Assembly (NCBI RefSeq): GCF_006345805.1
Contig: NW_021833892.1
Coordinates: 1 to 64,000, forward strand
Length of the DNA stretch: 64,000 nt
Source of the DNA: Octopus sinensis
Taxonomy: Eukaryota
Reading direction: 5' to 3'
The notes beneath the pieces were generated by a model, which saw only the letters and a program-made list of their open reading frames with translations, searched no databases and was not told where the DNA came from. This document shows positions 54,030 to 64,000 of this stretch, one piece after another; within the stretch, counting starts at the first letter, position 1; every line of letters begins with the position of its first letter. The translations under genes were made by a program, and so were the position numbers.

Positions 54030-54570
54030 GAAATTGTTAAAAGAATCTAGCTATTATGTACTGGCTCGCAGGATTGAAAGACAATTCCCGGATTCAAAAG
54101 CAAAAAGTGTACAGCCGTCTGGACGTTTTGCATCTTCAAGGACAAGGCCCGTCGGTCCCAGAATTGAAGGGAAACCAGCTTTTTTCAGAGCTTGGTGAAT
54201 TAGATTGTTAATTTCAGTGATTTAGATTGACAGATCCACAAATTAATCTTATTTTAAAAAAAGTGGAAAACGGAATAAGCTAGCTATTAAGTACCGGCTC
54301 GCATGATTGAGAGACAGTTTTGTCCCAATCCCGCTGAGAATTGACATCAGAAGGAGTTCAGAGAAAATTTGCTTCCAAAGTGTAAGGGCCGAATCAATAT
54401 CAGAGTCCAACGATGATTCAGTAGTTTTTTCCAGAATCTTTGGACAAGAAGATATGATCCAGACGCCGAAGAAAGAAAGGTAGGAAGGGCCAAATCAATA
54501 CTGGAACGGAGGCCCAGACCCCCATGACTCACAGGAAGTTTAGCTTGAACTTTTCCAATTTTTATCAAAA
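54030..54570 (-). mobile_element. CRE-like fragment with internal partial duplication
   Basis: QAKLPVSHGGLGLRS..LALPTFLSS; gctatta.gtac.ggctcgca.gattga.agaca occurs twice. Confidence 0.75.
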
Positions 54571-54850
54571 ATAAATTTTTATAGTATTTAATATTTTCTT
54601 TACTATTAATAAATATATATTATATTTAATAATTTTCTAATAAACTATATACACGATAGGATTCTTGTGGTACGTCAATATAAATATCTTAAATATATCT
54701 ATTTAATGCCATTGATTCATTATTAGGCCCCAAATGTCTAATAGCTACTACTGGCATAACATTAAAAGACTTAATTTAAAATAAAGTCTACATACTAACT
54801 ATATTTATTATATAATTAAATATATTTAAACACCCTATAAATAATAGAAA

Positions 54851-56230
54851 ATGAAAATATATGGAAGAATACCTCCAATTGGTCAGGATGGGTACATATT
54901 TGTATATATAAATAAAGTTATGTAAGCTTACTTCCCGAGGATTCCGAAGATATTTGGTCCCTTTATAACATTATGAATATCGGAGACGTTTTTCGATCAG
55001 ATGCTTTAAGGTAATTTATAAATAATCTTGTAATAACAGAAAAGTCGTGAACGAATCATCATCAGGGACCGTCACGACTTGTAAAGTGAAAACTCAGCTC
55101 ACAATTCGATCAGAAAAAATTGACGTTGATCTTAAAGAAGCAACAATTAGAGTAGAAGGGAAGAATGTATGTGAGAACAAATATGTAAAGGTCCTCTTTT
55201 ATATATTTATACTCAGATCGGAGCCTACCACACTTTAGAGTTGGGTATCGGCCGACAAGTCACGTTGGGGAAATCAGAATGGGACTCATACTGTGTTGAG
55301 AGATTAAGTCAGGCAGTCAACCAATGACCAATTCTGATCTCATGGCGATTATAATGCAGGAGGGAACTGCCTATGTTTGTCTGATTACAAAGTCTATGAC
55401 TATTGAGCGAGATAAGATTCAAGTCAATATTCCCAGGAAACGACCCAATTTTATGAGCGATTTTAATAAAGTTTGATTATTTGTCGGTAAATGACAGCAA
55501 GTGGATAAATTTCATCAACAGTTGCTTCGTTCTTTGCTTAAAAATGCGAATTTTGATGGTTTTATAAATATGTTTAGTAGTAGTGTTGAAATGCATTATT
55601 ATTGCATCCCCAGGATTTTATAGAGTATTTTTACTTATAAATTTGAAGGAGTCTTTTTATAAGTACATAATGGATGATAAAGTTCTTTTGGAAAATAAAG
55701 TTCTTGCACAAAATAAATCAAAATTTCTGCTTGTTCACTCTTCTTCTGGTTTTAAACATTCCCTCCAACGTTCTTGTTTGTGGAGTCATTTAATATAGAA
55801 ATATTGCCCAAGGTCATTTCTAAATTTGAAAACGTCCAAGTTGTTGATGAGATCAAAGAGTTGAATCGCTTCATGAAACTTCTCGAGAACGATTCTGAAC
55901 GAGCCATTTATGGGTTTTTGATTTGTCGCATTTTAGACCTAAACATGTCTTAAAGGCACGTGATTTGATGGCTGTAGATACGCTATTGATAACTGATGAG
56001 TTGTTGAGGTTCTGGATTTTCTGTTATTGAGAAGAGATGAGGACGTGTGTGTTCGGAGGACGTACAGAGGTCTTGTCGAGGACATACGGCGAGGAAATGG
56101 ACGCGTCAAGATCCTTTCGTGTCAGCATTCTTCTGGAAAACGTGGAATTTATTTCATTGTTGTAGAAGTCTCCATGATGACTGGTGTATGTGCTATTCTC
56201 AGATTTCCAGTTGAGGCCGACGAAGATTAG
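54851..56230 (+). CDS. PELO: Pelota/Dom34 ribosome rescue factor, multi-exon
   Basis: LLPEDSEDIWSLYNI; R|KVVNESSSG; ENKYVK|IGAYHTLEL; IIIASPGF; HSSSGFKHSL; LRFP. Confidence 0.95.
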
Positions 56231-56638
56231 TTGATTACTCTATTTTTAATATTTGACTGTCTTTGCTATTTTATAAAAATGATGTGTAAAAACCTGTCAC
56301 TTTTCAAATCATACACATGATTTTTACTGTCATAAATTTTAATAATTTTGCGGCATTTCATTAATTTAATATTTTAATAATCCAAGATGGTTTATAGGAT
56401 TTGTATTCTTTATGAATGATCTTTATTTGGGTTTCTGTGGCAATCATGGGAGCACAGAGCTAAGAATAAGCCATATTTTTGAAAAGATGGCCTTCCTACA
56501 ATTTTTCAATCTTCGGTGTTTACTCTGGGCTTAATAAAATGCTGTGAAATTTTTTATATTGTTTACAAATTAATTAAAAAGTTAGTCAAAAATCGATAAA
56601 TTAGTTGTGTTAATGGTTTAACTAGACTTTGAGTATTA

Positions 56639-57556
56639 TTAAGGTTTTTTCACTCTGCATACAAGCTTGTGTAATTCTTGAGGATTTGCAAATTCCCATT
56701 TTCCACATGCATTCATCGTAGCACAGGTTCCTTTACTGTTCCTATATTCATTTGCCCAATTTTGATATTTCTAAAATTTGAATTTTGTTCACAAACTTGG
56801 TTTTTAGGTGGAATTTGTATCCAAATCATATTGTTGTAGGAATTGACAAACAATTCTGTAAAATAATCGCAAATAATAAAGCTACGATTTAAGTTCTTAT
56901 TGATTGTAAAATTTTCAGGAATGACTGGCTCTCCTTTGATTTTTTCACATACGGTCTTCATCATGTTGCAGGGTACTTTCTGATAATATTCAAAGTAGCA
57001 ATAAACGTCGTCACAATGAAGACGGGTATCTATTAGTTAAACAATAAGTTCAATTTGACTTGGTATAGTGCACAACAAGCCTCTTTCCTCATTACAGCAT
57101 AGTGTCTGCCATTTCCCACACTCGTCCAACTCTGCACACATATTACAGCTGTAACTAAAAGGCTGATGATTTCCCCAATTTATGTAACGCTAAAATTTGG
57201 TTCAAAAATAAAAAACCAATGGTAAATTGTAATATCCATTCCAACTATTATTTTTCTTAATGTGTTCCAAACCAATCCAAAAGTTTTTTTCGTGTTCCTC
57301 TGACAAGTCTAAAAGGTATATTTAGATAAATTAGTTTGACCTCTCACAAAGTTATTTTCTGCTTCAGAATTGATTAAAATCAGTTTCAATCCGAATGTAT
57401 CACATATAGTTTTTCCTGTTGATATATCATATTCAGAATCAGTATGTATATAATATATTTCATTTTTTGTGTTATGAACCATTTCGTTCATTACTAGTAT
57501 TGTCCTAATTAAAACAGTATACCTAGTAGTGGTGATATAAGGAATAAAGAAAGCAT
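56639..57556 (-). CDS. Secreted protein with two divergent C-type-lectin-like modules, multi-exon
   Basis: Signal-like MLSLFLISPLLV; ICDTFGLKLILINSEAENNFV; second module MKTVCEKIKGEPV...CGKWEF..LVCR. Confidence 0.5.
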
Positions 57557-57969
57557 TTTGTAATAATTATTATCGACTGTATATATCCTAATTTAAATTG
57601 TTGCCTCGACCAGATGTTGTATCAAGATCAAAGAGAGCACATATGATGCATCATTTAAGTGGAACTAAATTTTATGGTGCAAGTGAGAAAATGTGTTGTT
57701 ATAAATCCACTTAAATCTTTAACAACAAATAAAAATATTAACTAGAATTTTATTTTGGTTTATCGTAATTATAAACCAAATTGTCTTTTTGTTGCTTATT
57801 TCCAAAATTTCAATGACGGAAACTACAAAATTCAAGGATACATTTTTAATTCTAAAAAAACATACATAGAATAATTAAGTTAATATTATTTTATTGTCCT
57901 CTAGAGGTTAATCTTTTTCTTTTAGAGGAGAAAGTAACCAACACCACTCCTTGATCCTCTATCTTCAAG

Positions 57970-58700
57970 TTAGTTACGACTCTTTTTCTTCATTCGCCAT
58001 ATTATCTTCATACGAATGACTTGCTTCAATTAAGAGGCTATTAGCTGAATTTATCTCCTCATCAGTGATTCTGATCCCCTGCTTGTGCTCAACAATCATA
58101 CTCTCCAGTGTTTTCTTCAACACAAATGACTGTATATAAGACTGAGTTCCGTCTTCGATAGCCAACTTTTTAATGTAGTTCTTAAAAAACTTGAATTATT
58201 TCACTTGAGCGTCATAAAGAATTGACAACTCTCCTGCCAATAGATCGTATTTATGGGATTTCTCGACCTGCTTCAGGCGGTCCTTGAAAGTGATTTCCAC
58301 TTGAATAAGAGTAATTTCGTCCTTAATTTTGGCGTACAAAAATTTTTCAGGCTTGTTATACTGAATATTCGTGTCTGTGATTATTTGAGAATCGACTCGT
58401 ATTTCGACATTTTATTAACGCCAGACGCTTACTCTTCGTCGTCTAACTTTATTCCATGTCTGTGTTCAATGAACATACTTCAGCGTCTCCTTTAACACAA
58501 CCGTTCTTTCTTAGATTAATAACATTCATATGACTTTTAAAGAGTTTAGAGACAACGCTATCCCATGTCAAGACAATTGGAATAATCTTTACTTTTAGAT
58601 GCCCGACAATTCGTTTGCGAGCAGGTCGTATTTGTGAAATTGTTCCACTTCATCTTGCTTTAAGCGGTCCTGTGAGGTAATGTCCGATTAAAGTTAGTTC
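57970..58700 (-). mobile_element. Two tandem R4/Dong- or R2-like RLE C-terminal relics
   Basis: NKPE.FLY.K..DEITLIQV.IT..DRLKQVE..HKYDLLA; KIIPIVLTWD; YIQSFVLKKTLESM. Confidence 0.75.
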
Positions 58701-59339
58701 TATTTGTGTCATTTTGTAAACAAAAAATGTCAGGTTTATTGAACTAGATTGTCGTTACTGTCAGAATTGACGTGTCAACTCTGATTTCGACATTATTGAC
58801 ACAACGGAGTGTCCTTTCAACTTCCTGCTTTTTTTAATTCCATAAATTCGACACAAATAAAATACACTTTACACTTCATTATGTCGAAATGAATGACAAT
58901 TCGAATAAAATAGTAATCCGCATTTTTCCGTCTTAGGGAAAAACAAAGTCCCAGAAATGACCTAGTTTCACATTAAGGAAGTTTTAGTTAGTCAAGTTCA
59001 GTAAAATTACAAAGACAGTTTCTTTTACAATTTGAACTTCACTTGCCTCAGATGCCTTGAAGTTCCGCTAAATAATTTCTCAGTCAAAGTTATCAAATAG
59101 ACCGGTACTTGTTGGAGTTCCGTTTCCTAACACAAATATCCTCAGCTTTTGAAATTCGGAACTCAATCAGCAAAATCTGAAAAATTGCCAAAAATCAACT
59201 TATTACCCAATTTAGAAATAATATATTAAAAAAATAAACATCATTTTAACAAAAATTAATAAAACCAATGATTTAAATTAATTTACTAATTATAAAATGA
59301 GATGACTATATTTAAATATATTCTCTTTCGTCATTGCTA

Positions 59340-62300
59340 GACAATCTATGCATGCATCATCACTAGTCTCATTGATCCGCCAGTTACACCAACCCTGTAC
59401 CACCGAGGCCTCACTCCTCCGTATAGTCCAGCCATAACTAATAGAGGACAAACTACACTCATTTGAACTAAACGACGACTGTGGAGTCACATGTCTCAAC
59501 ATTATCCAACATAGCCACGAGGAATTCGTCCAAATCTCAGCTCTTTCAATCATTCAGGTGTCATTAGTCTTATTAGCAAAGAAATACATAAAAAGGAAAT
59601 GTCTTCTGCCTTCAAACCAACAGGACATATCACTCATATTCCAGTCCATTTGGGAAATGGCCCTTTCCATCCCTAAACCAGTGGTAAACCGAAAACTATG
59701 CCACACAGTCGTATTTATAGCTCAATATGAGCCCAATAATGTCATCAATCAAATTCTTGAGGTTTTCTCGATCAATTTTATCATTTTAGCTGCTTTCCTG
59801 TAAGGAAACTGTCCTTGTTGGGTCAAGAATGATGCTCAGTCTTTCTGAACTGTTTTTATACCCATCAGGAGTTCTTCACAAAACGAGTCAAGCGTTACAA
59901 AATTTGCTAAACAATTCAATTCCCGTGATATTTCACGTGTCAACAAGTTGGCAATAAATAAAATGTGTGTTTTTAGATGTGCTTGATAATATTTTTAATT
60001 TATGTGTCAAAGAAGGATCTGAAACGTCAAGCTTTCAAAATTTTGGACACGAAAAATGTGGGGATATTTGGAATATTGTGTGCTCTAATTTACTGAATTC
60101 GATGATAAAAATGATTCATATTTCGATAACTGAATCTCTGAGGACTCACATGTTGAGTGTTATATTCAATATAGCTGCACTTGAAGGGATTTCTTTTAAA
60201 TGTTGTGTGATATTGGCTATTTGTTTAGACGGATTTAATGATTCTGGAGAATTATCTTTGCTTAGTCTACGTGCTATTAATGAATTATAAACCAAAAGCC
60301 GATTTCTGACAAACATGACGCGATTATTTCTGAAATATTAAACCATTCTTTCGTCATGTTACAACACCACCTCGCAAAAGTGCCTGCTAACGGTTCAAAT
60401 GTATTTATAAGAAATAATACTTATGAAATTAAGTTTATTATTATTAATTTATTAATTTAGTTATTTTAAAGAATTGGTTGATTTTTTAAAAATTTTGGTC
60501 GACAAACACCTTATTCGATTTAACAGTTTTACGATAACTAAATGGATGGAAATTTTAAAACTGTTCACATTTTGTCATGTTTATATATTTTTAATCGTTA
60601 AATAATAGGAGGATGAAACCCACCTGATCGAGTGTTTTCGAATTTGGGAAAAATTACTGGACTACATTGACCAATCAAAGCCAGATTTTATTCAAAAAAA
60701 TCAAAATTTAGCTTTTAAAGATCTTACATGTAAGTTGGCACTACAGTCAGTCGAACTGATGTGCTCAGTCGTACAAATAAGCCAGACAGAGCAACAAGAT
60801 TACGTTGAAGAAGTTTTTATTATCCTTCCATGATTTTTCAGACTGATTTGGCCCATGTGACGCTTTCTATTATCAATAAAGTCGTCAGTTTATATCCAAT
60901 GGAAATCCTCGGCCATTTGGTTGCTATTTTTATGTTCAAATTGAATTAGTTTGAGTTCAATCAACAAAATTTGAAACGTTTTTTCGATTCTTTGCCAAAT
61001 AACGGTTTTTTTCAGGTTTAATATGTTTTAGTGACTCCGACTTTAATCAAACAAAATATCATTTCCCTCACTATTGTAAGTTCCCTTGTCCCGTTTCTTG
61101 TCTCGTTTTTTGAGGAATACCAGGAATTGTCGAGGAATTGTTTCGAAAGGTTTTTAACGATTATTAAGTTGTCAGTATTGTCAAATTTGGAGGAATTCTT
61201 CTGAACTATTCCTACGACCAACTGTTTGTTAATCGTTTAATCCTAGTCTAATCCACGTGTTTGAGTGCTGTCAAATGTTTTGCCTTTGGTTGAAACAAGT
61301 CCAGAGAGCCTGTGGCTGGGAATCATTTCCTTTCATGTTGATTTGTCCTCTAAATTTGATATTTGCTGCATTTACTGATATGAATTTGGTATTTTTTGTT
61401 TTTGGGATTTTAGAGTAATCACGTGCTGAAATCTGCTGCCTTGATGTTTGGGAAATACGTCCAATTGGTGCGTCCCCCGTTGCTTTTTTCTCATGAAAAT
61501 TTGATGGGATCGTTCAGAGGATTTGTCTCCCAACTGAGTAGTTTATCTACAAGGACAAAACTGACAGGAAAAGTTGTATTTTTGTTGGTTTTTGTAAAGA
61601 TTGTTGTTGAAATTTGTGTTGCTTATTCAAATTATTTGATTCTTCCTTGGAGTGTTCCAAACGAAAGATTTCAAAATTGGGACGTCCGAAAATCCGAACA
61701 TTTGTATTTCGTAAAAACATTAATTGCTGATTTAAGTTGATAAAATATCTTATTTTTAGTGAAAAATGATTTTTTGTTATGTCTGGAGTGCTGTACTGGA
61801 TTCATATCTGCACTACATTACGACGGTTGTGCCAAAAGTAGAAATATTTGCATGGACTCGCTGCAGGATTTTATAGACGGAAGTGTTCATTTTCTCAATT
61901 CAAACACACTCTTGAGAGGTTGAGTGTCTGTGTCTTTAAATTAGGTGGACTAACTCAGAGGTATTTCGAGTTTATAACTTCGGTCATGATTTGCTTCAAG
62001 AAAAATATATCTATTAATATTGTCAAGAATATATTGATAGTATATTGGGGAAAGGTGACTTTTAGATTTTTTGTGAGTGTTTTTGCCCGCTAATTGAGGG
62101 CAACGATTATAAATCTGAATATATCTGTTATTTGATTGAAAATCCGTCCACGTTTGATGGGTTGGACGTAGAAAGTTAATTTTAGACTTTTGCAGCTGAT
62201 TTCAGTGGCCTTTGAACATGTGAATACTTCTGTCTTTGACATGGTAGAACAATTCCTTGGAATATTGCTAAATAAACGTTTTTATACTTTTTCAAAAGTT

Positions 62301-63030
62301 TGTTGTTGTTTCGCTCAAAGACTCAAGGATGTGTCTTCTGTGAGTGGACTACGCGCTATTTTTGATGTCTTTGAATCCATTTTGAAGTTTCAGTGGCAAT
62401 TTTTTTATTTAAAGTCCTGCCAAGGGGAATTCCGTACTGAATCGGTTCAAACATTGTTTATTCTCATTTTCCGAGTATTATTATATTTTGTAAATCTTAG
62501 GCCTATGAGTCCTCGTTTTTGGAACCTGATATTGAACTTTGTCAGCGAAATGTTATATTTTTAAGAGATTTTATCAACAAAAACAAAATTTTTGAATTTG
62601 TATTTTATTGTCTTAGAAAATGCTTAGAAATGCCTTAGAGATCAGTTTTTTGTGTCGTTGAGCGAAAGTTGTCTTTTTTTGATGAAATCTGCAAATTATT
62701 CTATCATTGGTGAAGACGTGATATCGTTTTTGTTTGAAATTGCGTCTTTTGACTGGTTCCTATTCAACGAACGAGTTATGGAGGGATACGTCGACTTTAT
62801 GAGGAGACAATTTACCTCAGCATTGTGTTGTCCTGTGGTTGATTTGGTTTGGAGTCCTTCTTGTAAAGTTAATTCTTGATTATGCGATATAATAGGACTT
62901 TTCTTCGTTTTCAAAGACTATTGGTGAATTGTCCTCGGATATTTGTTTATATGAAGATCTGCTGTCGTCGCACAAGCTATGAATTTGTCGTTTTATAAAT
63001 TGGATATTTTTATGTCAATCTTTAATTCTT
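59340..63030 (+). CDS. Large multi-exon hydrophobic helical protein, HEAT-repeat/MROH-like; identity and ends uncertain
   Basis: Chain of plus-strand ORFs from 59558 to 62879 separated by micro-intron-like gaps; Leu/Phe-rich helical composition. Confidence 0.45.
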
Positions 63031-63399
63031 TATTAAATAAACTAATTAATCAACTTTACAAAACATGAGTGGCTTTTACTAAACGTGAAAATATTTTTTT
63101 AACACTTTTACTAAACTGTTTAATTGAGTACTGAGCGTTCGATGTAAACAAAGAAAGTTCTTCTTGCCTCTCATCTTTTTTTCTGGCTCTGCAAACTTTC
63201 AAGAAAGTGTAGTCGAGCGTCTGTTGCTGACTTAATGATGATCGAACGAGATGTCTTTAGAGTTGTTTTAAGAACATTAACCTTATCTAACTGCTAAAGT
63301 AATTCTCTTGGTATTATTAGTGATTAATCTTTCAATTTCATTACACTCCTTTCGAGGAGATTTTAATCTAGGCACATTTCCAGTTAGAGATTTTACTCG

Positions 63400-64000
63400 A
63401 TTTTGAAACAATTTGATAATTGTGTTGCTCGATTTGTCGGAAACGAAAATGTCGGGCTTACTATTAGGGAAATTTCTTAACTGGCCGACGCGGAAGGGTC
63501 CGTATTGACAATACTACTTCAAGATCAAGACTACTTCCCAATGGTGTCCCACAAGGCTCCCCTTTATCTCCTCTCCTTTTTAACATTACCTACCTATTAC
63601 TAATGACCCAGATATTATGTTCTTATCCTATGCGGACGACCTGATTATTGCTGCAAGAGATAAATCTCCTTCTGTGGCTGTTGCAATAGTCCAGTCACAC
63701 CTCAATTGTGTATGTGATTGGCTATCTGCAAACATGTTGTGTGTGTCTGCATCTAAATCCCAGTTCACATTTTTTTACTACTGATAGAAGATTCAAGGAT
63801 AGACTGGAACTATTCATTGGAGACAAACCTATTCCCTCTTCGAGTACCTAGAAGATCCTTGGCGTAGTTTTCGACTCCTTAATGACGTTCTCAAGTCACG
63901 TGGAGGAGGTTCTAGCTAAAGGTCTTTGGAAGTGGAACGTCTTGAAAGCGCGGTTAAAAAAGAGTCCCTTCCCCCTGGAAGATTGTGTCAGGAAAGTCTA
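63400..64000 (+). mobile_element. LINE reverse transcriptase relic, runs off the window
   Basis: GVPQGSPLSPLLFNI; YADDLII; KILGVVFD. Confidence 0.88.

Overview
AT-rich eukaryotic (animal) genomic DNA in the standard genetic code, with very short GT-AG introns (mostly 21-33 nt in those I parsed). Intron-split host genes: Eag-type K+ channel, PDK, stonin, SMC2, Rab1-like GTPase, mitochondrial aconitase, nucleolin-like RRM protein, NPF/NPY-like precursor, adenylosuccinate lyase, mitochondrial uL11, Pelota, a secreted C-type-lectin-like protein and a large unidentified protein. Intronless genes: a class A GPCR and Tim8. There is one tRNA-Glu-like gene. Intergenic space is filled with hAT, pogo, Tc1, Helitron-like, MITE and non-LTR (Jockey/I-like, RTE-like, CRE-like, R4-like) relics. 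NPF plus tiny introns points to a reduced bilaterian parasite such as a dicyemid; this is inference. The most notable observations are an NPF precursor that stops right after Arg-Phe with no amidation signal, an in-frame triplicated 3' splice site in uL11, and G-rich micro-introns with no polypyrimidine tract. All calls come from reading the sequence; no searches were run, and gene ends are approximate where stated.
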